A stretch of DNA of 64,000 nt from Planctomycetota bacterium (lineage in GTDB: Bacteria > Planctomycetota > Phycisphaerae > UBA1845): assembly GCA_016860685.1 (NCBI GenBank), contig BOJX01000004.1, positions 570 through 64,569 on the forward strand. Direction: 5' to 3'. Shown here piece after piece: positions 19,258 through 28,596 of the stretch. A model generated the notes under the pieces. The model worked only from the letters and a program-made list of their open reading frames with translations. It made no database searches and was not told the DNA's origin. Made by a program: the position numbers and the translations under genes. Numbering within the stretch: position 1 is the stretch's first letter; each line of letters opens with the position of its first letter.

Positions 19258-19298
19258 CGCGTGGTTCTGAAAACCCGGAAAGACCCCGATCGACCGGA

Positions 19299-21116
19299 TT
19301 ACTCAATGATCTCCACCGGCCTCTTGCCGCCGATCACCTCGAAAATCTCGATCAACTGCGCCGAATACTCCTCGATGTCGGCGGTGTTGGCCGCGTAGTG
19401 CTGCCCGCCGCCGATCTCGGCGATCTCGTCCATCAACCCGAGGTTGCAGTACGCGCCGACACTGACGCAGAACACCTGGATGCCCAGCGCCGCGGCCTGC
19501 TCCGCCATGTCCAGTGCGTACGCCTCGCCGCCGGAGTAGTCGCCGACGTCGCCGTCCTTGCTGACGTTGGCGTATCCGTCGGTCAGGACCACCATCACCT
19601 TACGACTCGCGCCGCGCGCCCGGGGGCTGGTCAGCTCCTCGATCCCCTTCTCCATCCCGCCGCCCATGTTCGTCCAACCGTCGTAGTACGCCGCCTGCAT
19701 CTCGCGCAGACGCGTGCTGACCTGCTGGACGTCCATCGTCAGGTCCACCTCGTGATGCGCCGTCTCACCGTAGATCTCCAGCGACATCTGGTCGTCGCTG
19801 TCCAGGTCCGCGATGTAAGCCGTCAGCACCTCCGTGGCGTTCTTCACCGATTCCATCGGCTGGGTCGGCGTGTCCGCGAACTCCGGCGTGTCGTCGTGGT
19901 ACGGCCGGCGCTCCATGAAGTAGTTCATGAGCGTCTTGACGCCGTAGCGATAACGGAACTTGCTGTTCGCGTCATACATATCGGTGTTGGTGCTCTTGAC
20001 GTAGTTCCCGATCCAGTCAAGCCAGATGTTCTTCGAAGCGTTGACGCTTCGTCCGTTGATCGTCTCCACCCACACCAGCTCGTTGCTCTCGATGACGTCG
20101 TCGCCGTCACCGGCGGCGTAGCCCATCCCCTGCCACATCCCGCCGGATTTCCCGCTGCGCCAGTGCGCAAGACCCAGCGCGACCGCCACGCGGTACTTGT
20201 ACTGCGAGCTGTCGTACGTGCTGCTGTTGATCTTGCTCCGCTCCGTCGAATTGTATCCCAGCTCCGTCAGGTACGTGTTCAACTGGCTGTTGCTCCAGCT
20301 CGATCCCGAGGGCAGACGCACCAGTCCGCTGTCCGCCGCCGGATCGTAGCCCGACGTGATCTCCTCCGTGCCGTATCCGAGCTCCTGAAGGAATCCCCAC
20401 GCCGGTCCCGCCGCCTGCGGCGCGCCGCCGTCGTCGTTCCACCAGTCGTCCGGAACGTCGTCCTCGTCCCACAGCCCGCCGCCGTCGTCATCGATCCCGC
20501 CCGGCCAGGCGTCCCAGACGTCGTACAAGTTGATGTTCGTCATCTTGTAGTGGGCCAGTTCGCTGTCGTCCGTGTGCGACGCCGACAGGTCCGCCACCAC
20601 CGCGATGTCGCGCGGGACCATCATCGCCATCGCGCTCGCCTGAACGTCGCTTTCCGCAATTCCGAGCACCTTGGCGAAAAAGAGCTGGGCGGCGCCGTTC
20701 GGCGACGCCTGCGTCTTCCGGACGATCACCCGCACTGCGTTCGGCATCACCGTCGTTTCGGTGAAGTCGTACCGGCCCGTTGAGTTGTTCAACGACGCCC
20801 GGCCGAACACCACGTCCGTCTCCGTGTCCAGCGAGACCGTCCCGCCGAACACGTAGTTCGCCTCCGTGAATTCCTGCGCCGCGGCCGTCGCTACCCCGAT
20901 CGGCGACCCCTCGCTGTAATCCGAGAGCTTCGCCGCCGCCGCCAGCGCCGCCGCGTCCGCCGTCCGCTGAAGATCCTGTCGCGTGTTGTAAAGCACGCCC
21001 ACATCGATGGTCAGCGCCGCAAAGCCGATGAGGACCACCAGCATTACGGCGACCTGCACCGCGACGACGCCTCGACGGCGTCGCGTCCGGGCGGGGGCCC
21101 GAGTGCGCCTGTTCAT
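19299..21116 (-). CDS. TadG-like pilus-associated protein with C-terminal von Willebrand factor A domain (605 aa)
   Basis: N-terminus RRRRGVVAVQVAVMLVVLIGFAALTIDVGVLYNTRQDLQRTADAAALAAA is the TadE/G-like segment. MIDAS-like DLSAS and VMVVLTDGYANV indicate a vWA fold. Start ATG 21116 follows GGGAGAAG. Confidence 0.8.
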   Translation of the reverse strand: MNRRTRAPARTRRRRGVVAVQVAVMLVVLIGFAALTIDVGVLYNTRQDLQRTADAAALAAAAKLSDYSEGSPIGVATAAAQEFTEANYVFGGTVSLDTETDVVFGRASLNNSTGRYDFTETTVMPNAVRVIVRKTQASPNGAAQLFFAKVLGIAESDVQASAMAMMVPRDIAVVADLSASHTDDSELAHYKMTNINLYDVWDAWPGGIDDDGGGLWDEDDVPDDWWNDDGGAPQAAGPAWGFLQELGYGTEEITSGYDPAADSGLVRLPSGSSWSNSQLNTYLTELGYNSTERSKINSSTYDSSQYKYRVAVALGLAHWRSGKSGGMWQGMGYAAGDGDDVIESNELVWVETINGRSVNASKNIWLDWIGNYVKSTNTDMYDANSKFRYRYGVKTLMNYFMERRPYHDDTPEFADTPTQPMESVKNATEVLTAYIADLDSDDQMSLEIYGETAHHEVDLTMDVQQVSTRLREMQAAYYDGWTNMGGGMEKGIEELTSPRARGASRKVMVVLTDGYANVSKDGDVGDYSGGEAYALDMAEQAAALGIQVFCVSVGAYCNLGLMDEIAEIGGGQHYAANTADIEEYSAQLIEIFEVIGGKRPVEIIE

Positions 21117-21267
21117 AACGCTTCTCCCTGAACCTGCCCCGGACAGGGACCGCCGGGACCGGTCCGCTCGCGGCGGCGCCGTTCCCGAACCCGCGCGTAC
21201 GCACACGCGGCTTCTCTCCGGGGCTTCTGCAAACACTTCATTGTCGCCGCGGCCGCCCAGGCGCGCG

Positions 21268-22455
21268 TCAGCGCACCAGCACGACCGGCTGATACACATA
21301 CCGGCTTTGCCCGTTCTGTTCTCCGACGATCACCGCATCGTCAACGAGATACGCAGGCTGGATGATCACACGCTTCCCGCTCATCGGTCCCGTGAGCTTC
21401 ACGCTCAGGATGCGCACGCCCACGAATCCGACCACCGTGAACGTCGCGTTGTTCCCGGGTCCGCTGACCTCCGTGAAGATCGGAATCGCTCGCGGCTGAC
21501 CGATGATCGCCGCCAGGTCGTCCTTGAATCCCGCCGACAACCCCGTGTCGCCGTTCAGCGGCAACGTCCCGTCGGATCCGAGCCGGAGCGTCCCGCCGAA
21601 ATAAGACAGATCCTCTTCGTTGACGCCCTCGCGGATCTGTCGCGCGATGTCGTTCGTGCTGTTGTTGGGCGATCCGATGTCCACCGTTCCGAAGTTCCCC
21701 GGGGGCAACTGCCCCTCTCCCGAACCCGGATAAAGGTTCAGCTCGAGGATGCCGTCCGCCCCGGCGGATACGTCGCCCGTGTCCGCGTCATACGCAAAGT
21801 TGTCTCCCGTCGTCAGTTCGCCCCCCAGCAGCTTCTCCCACGCCGTCTTCTTCAGCGCAAAAGGAAGCAGACCGGCGTTTCCCGTCTTGTCTGTCACTCT
21901 CCAGCCGACAACCCCGTCGTAGAACGCCGCCGTCGCCGACGCCGAGATGTCCTTCTCGTGATGACCGAGCAGGCTCGCGAAATAAAGGCTGATCGGCCCG
22001 TTCCGCTCGCCGTCGCGGCGAAGCAGCACCCGGACCGCGTTGTAATCCGCCGGATCCCCGTCGAAGCTCAGCTCCTCGGTCGGATCGTTCGGACGGTTGA
22101 GCCGTCCGAGGACGAGATCCCCGCCGGGATCGTTCTCGATATTCAGCGCCACCACCGGCGAAAGATTGACCACCGCGTTCTCATACGCCACCGCCGCGCC
22201 GTCCTGCCGCGTCTCCAGGATCACGTTCTCCACGTGATCCGCCCCGCGCAGGCGGTCCTGATCCAGCAGGCGCCAGGCGGCGCTCATCGAACCCGCGTCC
22301 GCCGATTGCTGCGCCTCGCCCCGCGCGCGGTACATCATCCCCACGTCCACCGTCAGCGCCGCCAGGCCCATGATCAGCAGCAACGCCACCCCGACGGACA
22401 CGACCGTCAGTCCGCGGCGGCGGTTCACCTTGTTGCTTCCCGTTGCGACGTGCAT
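21268..22455 (-). CDS. Second TadG-like (TadE/G N-terminal motif) protein (395 aa)
   Basis: N-terminus RRRGLTVVSVGVALLLIMGLAALTVDVGMMYRARGEAQQSADAGSMSAA. No vWA signature was seen. Confidence 0.75.
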   Translation of the reverse strand: MHVATGSNKVNRRRGLTVVSVGVALLLIMGLAALTVDVGMMYRARGEAQQSADAGSMSAAWRLLDQDRLRGADHVENVILETRQDGAAVAYENAVVNLSPVVALNIENDPGGDLVLGRLNRPNDPTEELSFDGDPADYNAVRVLLRRDGERNGPISLYFASLLGHHEKDISASATAAFYDGVVGWRVTDKTGNAGLLPFALKKTAWEKLLGGELTTGDNFAYDADTGDVSAGADGILELNLYPGSGEGQLPPGNFGTVDIGSPNNSTNDIARQIREGVNEEDLSYFGGTLRLGSDGTLPLNGDTGLSAGFKDDLAAIIGQPRAIPIFTEVSGPGNNATFTVVGFVGVRILSVKLTGPMSGKRVIIQPAYLVDDAVIVGEQNGQSRYVYQPVVLVR

Positions 22456-22531
22456 CGTTGTGTTCTCCCTCGAAGCGCGGCCGGGAACCGGGGGGCGCGG
22501 CGTCGGCGCGCGACGTTCTTCCCCGCTCCGC

Positions 22532-23176
22532 TTACATCACCCTTCGAGGCGTGTTGTCCTCCGCAATCAATCCGTCCCGTCCGTAGTAGCGCACCCGTTT
22601 CAGGATCAGGCTCTCCACCCGGTTCGACCCGAACGACACGCACGCGTTCGACGCCGAAAAATCCGGACGGTACTGACCCAGGTCCGCCAGGTTCGCCGAA
22701 CTCGAGATGTACATGTCCCGACCGAAGCTCCCCCACGTCGTCGAGTGCCCGTCCTGAATCGAGACGGTCAGCGACACGCCATCCGTCTGCAGCGACTGCG
22801 TCCAGCGGATCGTCTCCGCCTGCGTGCTCAGCGTCCGCCACTCCACGCTCCGCATCCGCAGCAGCGTTTCCCCCCGGTAGCTGTGCAACTGAATGCCGCC
22901 CGGCGTGAACTCCGGCGTCTCCCGGTGGTTCCACAGAATCTGCGCGTAATACGAATCCATGTTCGGGAAGGGCGACATCACCGTCGTGAACTGCGGCGAA
23001 ACACGGTCCACGTGCGGATCGTTCAGCACCAGCTCCCACTCCTCCTCCACCCGGACGACCGGGTCCGGCTCCGTCGGCATCGACCACAGCGCCCCGGCCG
23101 CTAACACCGCCAGACCAGCGGCGCTCGACGGCGCTGCAAAGGCGCGACGCTTCCCCCCTTTGAATCGTGGCCACAT
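22532..23176 (-). CDS. Hypothetical exported or membrane-anchored protein inside the tad locus (214 aa)
   Basis: N-terminal hydrophobic segment AAGLAVLAAGALW. No family recognised. It is the first gene after the cpaC terminator. Confidence 0.6.
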   Translation of the reverse strand: MWPRFKGGKRRAFAAPSSAAGLAVLAAGALWSMPTEPDPVVRVEEEWELVLNDPHVDRVSPQFTTVMSPFPNMDSYYAQILWNHRETPEFTPGGIQLHSYRGETLLRMRSVEWRTLSTQAETIRWTQSLQTDGVSLTVSIQDGHSTTWGSFGRDMYISSSANLADLGQYRPDFSASNACVSFGSNRVESLILKRVRYYGRDGLIAEDNTPRRVM

Positions 23177-23470
23177 GACGGTCTCCTTGTGCTTGCCTCG
23201 GAGGAACCCGTTACGAAGGCGGGATCATCGCCGCGCGACGCATTCACCGGCGAAAGGGGGACGCAGGAGATGCGCCTCAACACGGCAGTTTCCGCCCGAG
23301 GCTCTGAGGAATAACCTAAGATACGGCGCGACGGCGCGCCGGACGCGCAGCCGTTGCGCAAAGGTGATCGGACCGCACCGGGGGATCTCCGACGGGTGAT
23401 CGGACGCCGCGCCCTTCAGAACCGTCGACCCCACGCCCGTCGAAGTCCGGCGAATTCGCCGCCACCGGTC

Positions 23471-23502
23471 ATAATAAAGAAAGGGCGGGGTGCGCCCGCC
23501 CT
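23471..23502 (-). terminator. Rho-independent terminator after the secretin gene
   Basis: agggcggg (23482-23489), loop gtgcg, cccgccct (23495-23502). The minus strand then reads TTCTTTATTAT. Confidence 0.75.
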
Positions 23503-23564
23503 GCTTTCTACAATTCGGATGGCTCCGCGCGTCGGTTCCCGATGGCGATAAGCCGACGCTTCGG

Positions 23565-25235
23565 TCAGCGCTTCCCGTCCGCGTAACCCCACGCGCCGCG
23601 GATCGACAAGCTCTCCGGACTCGGCGCGGCGCCCGCGCCTCCGCCGTGGTCCGGCGGCGCGCCCTCGGGCGCCGCCGCAGGCACCGGCGCATTGCCCGCC
23701 GCCGCCCCCTTGCCCTCCACTTCGCCGAGGAAATAAAGCTCAAAATCCGACGGCTCGACCAGAAACTGCCCCGGAACCGGCGACACCTGCTCCGGATGCA
23801 GCGGCGCCACGATCTCCGGCGTCACCAGAATCACCAGCTCCGTCTCGCTCTTACGGAATTCGATCGACCGGAACAGCGCGCCCAGGATCGGAACTTCCCC
23901 GATGCCCGGAATGCTGCTCGCCACGGCGCGGATGTTTTCGCTCAGCAATCCCGCGATGGCGATCGTCTGTCCGTTCCCCACCTCGACCGTCGTCTCCGCA
24001 GACCGGTTCGTCAGTCCGGGCACGACGAATCCGCCGATCTCCACCGCCGCCGAGAAGTCCGTCTCCGAAACCTCCGGGTTGATCCGCAGGCGGATCCGCT
24101 GATGCGCCTCGACCAGCGGCGTGAAGTTCAGCCGCACGCCGAACTCGCGGAACTCAATCGTGATGGCGTTTGACGCCGTGCTCTGCGGCACCGGGATCGG
24201 AAACTCCCCGCCCGCCAGAAACGACGCCGTCTCCCCGCTGATGCACACCAGGTTCGGCTCCGCCAGCACCTTCAGCAGCGAATTGTTCGTCAGCGCCTGA
24301 AGGAAAAGCTGCATCTGCACCCGCGGGAACCCCAGCGACAGCGTGGAGCTCGGCGACAGCGGGATGCCTTCCGTCCCCGTCAGGAACGGAATGTCCCCCA
24401 GCACGTTCGCATCCGCCGCCGCCCCGATGTTGATCGGGTTGATGCTGCCGATCTGGTTGACCGCGAACATGTCGCGGAAGTCGTCGCCCGCGATGAATCC
24501 GTTGATCCCGAGTTGACGCACCGCCCCGCGGTTCACCTCCGCCACCGTGCAGCGCAGCAGCACCTGACGCTCGCCCGAGACCCGAAGATGGTTCTGAACG
24601 GTCGTCTGCGACCCCGTCCGCGCCGACGGCGGAAGGAAAAGCTGCGCCAGCTCCGCCATCCGCTGCGCGTTCTCCGCGCTGCTGACCACGCCGGTCAGCA
24701 CGATGTTCCCCATCACGCTCGAAACTTCGACCTCGGCTTGCGGGTCGATCTGACCCACCGCCTCCTGAAGCGCGTCAAGGTTCAACTCCACCGAGACCTC
24801 GAGCACGCTTTGCTGACTCTGCGGACCCCACAGCACGACCTGCGTCGTGCCGTAGCTCATCCCCGTGATCAGCAACTGGCGCGGCCCGATCGCCTCGACC
24901 CCCGCCACGTGGCTCGCGACCACGTGAACCCGCGACACTTCCGTCGACGTGTCCACCAGGACGCTGCGGTCCAGCGGCACCGCCACCCGAAGCTGCTGCT
25001 CCGTGAAGTCGCGGACCTGTATTGAGAAATCCTGCGCTTGCGCCGGTGCGACCGCGATCGCAACGACCGCCGCCAACGCCGCGATCCGCCGTCTCCTCCG
25101 GTCTGCCCGAACGCCGCACGCGCCCGATCCCTGACGAAAGGACGAACCCGCCGCCGGAATTGCCGGCCTGACCGCCGCGGTCCCAGCCCCGGCCCAGCGC
25201 TCCGCCGTCCCCGCACCCATCCGTTGGTCCTTCAT
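23565..25235 (-). CDS. cpaC: Tad pilus outer-membrane secretin CpaC/RcpA
   Basis: Signal peptide, BON-like N-domain, and the C-terminal secretin block ...GGFVVPGLTNRSAETTVEVGNGQTIAIAGLLSE...IPGIGEVPILGALFRS. Confidence 0.9.
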   Translation of the reverse strand: MKDQRMGAGTAERWAGAGTAAVRPAIPAAGSSFRQGSGACGVRADRRRRRIAALAAVVAIAVAPAQAQDFSIQVRDFTEQQLRVAVPLDRSVLVDTSTEVSRVHVVASHVAGVEAIGPRQLLITGMSYGTTQVVLWGPQSQQSVLEVSVELNLDALQEAVGQIDPQAEVEVSSVMGNIVLTGVVSSAENAQRMAELAQLFLPPSARTGSQTTVQNHLRVSGERQVLLRCTVAEVNRGAVRQLGINGFIAGDDFRDMFAVNQIGSINPINIGAAADANVLGDIPFLTGTEGIPLSPSSTLSLGFPRVQMQLFLQALTNNSLLKVLAEPNLVCISGETASFLAGGEFPIPVPQSTASNAITIEFREFGVRLNFTPLVEAHQRIRLRINPEVSETDFSAAVEIGGFVVPGLTNRSAETTVEVGNGQTIAIAGLLSENIRAVASSIPGIGEVPILGALFRSIEFRKSETELVILVTPEIVAPLHPEQVSPVPGQFLVEPSDFELYFLGEVEGKGAAAGNAPVPAAAPEGAPPDHGGGAGAAPSPESLSIRGAWGYADGKR

Positions 25236-25274
25236 GTACTTGCCTTCCTTAGCTTGAGCGTTGAATTGTCCCGG

Positions 25275-26408
25275 TTATCCGCCGACGGGCTCCCGGTCCT
25301 CGCCGGTCTCCACGTCTTCGTCGTCCACGCGGTTCTCCACCGGCGCGGGTCGGCGCGCCGCGTCGCCCTGAGGCTGCGGCCGGAACGGCGAGTTCTGACC
25401 CGTCGCAAGACCCGGCTGAATCGACACGACATTGTTCGAATTCGCGTTCTCGTACGTAATCCGGAACGCCTGCGACCGGGTTCCCGGCGCGGTCGATCCG
25501 TATGACAGAATCATGGAGAACTCCGGCGGAGGCGGCGGCGTCTCCGTGGCCACGATCGCCGAAGCGTCGGAGCCTCCCGCGTCGCCGCCCTTCAGCAGCG
25601 AACCCGGGAGGTTGGACATCCCCGAACCGGACTCGGCCGGCGCCGCCGTTTCCGTCGTCGCCTTACCGGTCTTCATCATCGACGCCAGCAACTCCTTGCT
25701 CTTCGCCGTGTACTTCTCGTCTGAGATGGTTTCATCTTCATCGCCGCGCATCGCCAGCGTCACCTTGCCGCGCGTCGCCGCCAGGTGCAGCTTCGGAACG
25801 TCCGCCTCCGGAACGAGCAGCGTCGCCGAACGCGCGACTTTTCCCTTGGTGCTGGCCGCGCCTTTGTTGGTTCCGCCCGCGCCCAGACCGATCGCCGCCA
25901 CTTCCACCCGCTGAAGCACGACTTCCGCGATCGTCTCCTTGTGCTTCGAGTTCGACTGCTCGATGTCCATCACCACGATGACGTCCACCCAGTCCCCCGG
26001 ACGCACGTTGAACGCCACGCCCGTCACTTCGTCGATCTCCACGCCCACCGCCCGGTACCCCGGCGCGATCCGTCCCGGAACGCCCTGCGGCGTCCCCGGC
26101 TCCGCCAGCATCGACTTCAGAATCGACGCCCCCTTCGGAATCGATTTCGCCGAAACACGCCCGATCACGTCTTCCAGCTTCGCGAAGTCCGGGTCCGTCG
26201 CCATCGGTTTGTCCAGCGTGGACGCCGCTTCCAGCATTTCCTTCGTGATCTCGACCGTCGCGTCGATGTCCTGCTTCGCGCGCACCACCTGGCGCGCCGT
26301 CTCCGTCGACGCGCCTTTCGCCTTGCGCACCGTGTCCATCCCGAACTTGATGGCCAGAAGCCCCATCCCCAGCCCCAACACCAGCGGTATGATCGCCTTG
26401 CCCTTCAT
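25275..26408 (-). CDS. cpaB: CpaB/RcpC pilus assembly protein with a long C-terminal extension
   Basis: N-terminal TM (IIPLVLGLGMGLLAIKF). A SAF-like segment (VVRAKQDIDATVEITKEML) and an RcpC-like segment (PGYRAVGVEIDEVTG..GDWVDVIVV) follow. About 155 extra C-terminal residues are present. Confidence 0.8.
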   Translation of the reverse strand: MKGKAIIPLVLGLGMGLLAIKFGMDTVRKAKGASTETARQVVRAKQDIDATVEITKEMLEAASTLDKPMATDPDFAKLEDVIGRVSAKSIPKGASILKSMLAEPGTPQGVPGRIAPGYRAVGVEIDEVTGVAFNVRPGDWVDVIVVMDIEQSNSKHKETIAEVVLQRVEVAAIGLGAGGTNKGAASTKGKVARSATLLVPEADVPKLHLAATRGKVTLAMRGDEDETISDEKYTAKSKELLASMMKTGKATTETAAPAESGSGMSNLPGSLLKGGDAGGSDASAIVATETPPPPPEFSMILSYGSTAPGTRSQAFRITYENANSNNVVSIQPGLATGQNSPFRPQPQGDAARRPAPVENRVDDEDVETGEDREPVGG

Positions 26409-26772
26409 CGTGTTCGTTCCTGTTGCAAAATCCCCGCGTTTGTGGGCCTGATCCTGACGCCCCATCGGTCGCTCTTGCGCCGCCGGATCCCGCCGTGCGG
26501 CGTCCCGCGCGGCACGACCTCCGCAATCGCCCGCGCCCTATCGGACGCCCTGTCGCTCCATCGACCATTTCACGCGCGGGGTTTACCCCGCCGGACCCTG
26601 CGCCCCTCAGGCGGATTCGGCGCGGTCCGCCGCCGGCTCGCCCGCCTCCTGTAAACTCCGGCGGGGGTCGCCGATCCCGTGCCGCGCGGCCTTCGCCCCG
26701 TGACCCACGATCCACGACCCCCGCCTTCCCTCACACACCGTAAGCGCGGCCCTGGTCGCCGCTCGCCGGACC

Positions 26773-27225
26773 CTACTCGTCCCCGTCGCCCATCCCTTCC
26801 TTGCGCATCGAGCAGCTCCCCGTCAGGTCATAATCCCGCGCCCCGAAGAACTCACCCATCAGCGACACCTCCGCCGCCGGAACACGCACCACCACCGACT
26901 CCACCGGCTTCTCGATCGTCGCGTGCTCCATCTCGATCGTCACCGTCAGACCCAGCGGCGCGACCACTTCATTGACACGCTCCACAATGTCCGACTCGCT
27001 CGACGTGCTCAGCACCGCCACCCGGCAGCCCTCCCGCGCCGCGTTCATCAACCCCTGCCGGACCATGAACATCCACCCGTACTCCATGATCCCGAAAAGG
27101 ACGGTCAGCAGCAGCGGAAGCACGACCGCGAATTCCACGATCGTCGCCGCCCGCCGCCGGTCGCCCGTCATCCGCCGCGCAAGCCTCCTGATACGCCTTG
27201 CGCCCGACCCGGTACGCCTCATCAT
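26773..27225 (-). CDS. tadE: TadE-like minor pilin / pseudopilin
   Basis: RRRAATIVEFAVVLPLLLTVLFGIMEYGWMF is the TadE N-terminal motif. The start ATG lies 5 nt after the cpaA stop. Confidence 0.8.
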   Translation of the reverse strand: MMRRTGSGARRIRRLARRMTGDRRRAATIVEFAVVLPLLLTVLFGIMEYGWMFMVRQGLMNAAREGCRVAVLSTSSESDIVERVNEVVAPLGLTVTIEMEHATIEKPVESVVVRVPAAEVSLMGEFFGARDYDLTGSCSMRKEGMGDGDE

Positions 27226-27229
27226 GTTT

Positions 27230-27781
27230 CTATCCCCACCATCCACATACCTTGCCCGCCAGCACGATCAGCGACCCCGCAGTCAGCGGAACGCCGTAGG
27301 GCAGAAGCTGCGACGTGGTCCCGAAGCTTTTCGCCGATCCGAACTCCGAAAACATCGTCTTCGAACTCGAACACTTCGCCATGATCACCCCCAGGTTCGA
27401 GCAGGCGTGCTTCAGACGACGCGACGACAGAATCATCACCACCGCCGCCACCCCGCCGATCACCGCCCCCAGCGCGAACGAGTAAAACGTCATCGCCGGT
27501 CCGAACCACGCCCCGATCGCCGCCATCAGCTTCACGTCGCCCGCCCCCATCCCGTGCATCAACCACGGCACGATCAGCAGACCGAAGCCCACCAGCGCTC
27601 CCATCAATCCGTCGCCCACCCCCGCGGCGCCGAAGTACACCCCTTGCACCACCAGCCCGCACAGCAGCAGCGTCGCGTTCAGCCAGTTCGGCACGCGCCG
27701 CTGCGAGTAATCAATCCACGACGCCAGCAGCGTCCCCGGCACCACCACCGCACACGTGATCCCCCAATAATCCAGACCCAT
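27230..27781 (-). CDS. cpaA: Prepilin peptidase CpaA/TadV (A24 aspartyl peptidase)
   Basis: Polytopic membrane protein with SWIDYSQRRVPN and GMGAGDVKLMAAIG, which carry the two catalytic Asp contexts. Confidence 0.85.
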   Translation of the reverse strand: MGLDYWGITCAVVVPGTLLASWIDYSQRRVPNWLNATLLLCGLVVQGVYFGAAGVGDGLMGALVGFGLLIVPWLMHGMGAGDVKLMAAIGAWFGPAMTFYSFALGAVIGGVAAVVMILSSRRLKHACSNLGVIMAKCSSSKTMFSEFGSAKSFGTTSQLLPYGVPLTAGSLIVLAGKVCGWWG

Positions 27782-27948
27782 GTCCTGTCCCCTTCGGTCG
27801 TGTGTCCTGCTGCCCTTGCCCGACTTTCCGTTGTTTAGATTTCCGTCGCCAGACCCCGCCCGATACGTTCCACCCCCGGAGGGCGGGCTCCGCCCGGCAA
27901 CTCCCGCGCGCCTCTTCTCCAGCCTACGATTCAACCCGACGAAATGAC

Positions 27949-27976
27949 GGTGGGCGGCGCGATCGCGCCGCCCACC
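27949..27976 (-). other. Perfect 28-nt palindrome (12-bp stem) between flp and cpaA; possible attenuator or mRNA-stabilising hairpin
   Basis: ggtgggcggcgcgatcgcgccgcccacc read directly. Only a weak U-tract (GUCAUUUCG) follows on the minus strand. Confidence 0.5.
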
Positions 27977-28025
27977 CCAAAACCACGTCAGGCGACGAGG
28001 CAGCCGCCCGACCGGAAACCCTTGA

Positions 28026-28208
28026 CTAGTTGCCGTCCGGCAACTGACCCTCGACGTTGGTGAACACCGTGCTCACCTGCTCGCCAAGCGACGTAATCGC
28101 CGCCAGCGCCACGATGATGATGAGCGCCAGCATCACCGCGTATTCGGTCGCCGTCGGACCGTCTTCGCTGACAAGAAACTGCTTGGCCCTGTTGAGAATC
28201 GACGTCAT
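28026..28208 (-). CDS. flp: Flp-family pilin (60 aa)
   Basis: MTSILNRAKQFLVSEDGPTATEYAVMLALIIIVALAAI... carries the Flp motif (G/ATEYAVML). GGGAGGG precedes the ATG at 28208. Confidence 0.9.
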   Translation of the reverse strand: MTSILNRAKQFLVSEDGPTATEYAVMLALIIIVALAAITSLGEQVSTVFTNVEGQLPDGN

Positions 28209-28596
28209 AAGCACCCTCCCAAAACCCTGTGGACCCGTTCGGGCCCGGTGGAGATCGATGGCGCGACCGCACCCGGTCCGCGCCGCTGCGCAGCTGCTCG
28301 AACCTCCAGGGGTCACGAGCGGTGGACGCCGGCTCGAGGAGGGCCCCCGACCACCGTCGCCCGCGCCCGCCGCCGCAGTTGCCCGCCGACGCCGAACGCA
28401 CAAGCCAAACCTACGAAACGGATTCCCCGGAGGCAAAAAACGCCGCCGTTTGCGTCCGCTTCACGCCGCCGCCGCCCCGATAACCTCGGCGCAGGCAACA
28501 TTCAGGCAACATCAAAGGAGGAAAGCACTCACGGGCGAAGGCAACCAAGCGCCCCCCCAGCCCCCCCAGCCCCCGCTGGAGGGCCCCTTTGTCGCA

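Noticed and set aside
28552-28575. Tandem cccccccag repeats downstream of trxB as a possible phase-variable tract.
   Set aside because: There are only two units plus a partial one. They are non-coding and lie outside any promoter spacing I could define, so this is most likely low-complexity GC-rich DNA.
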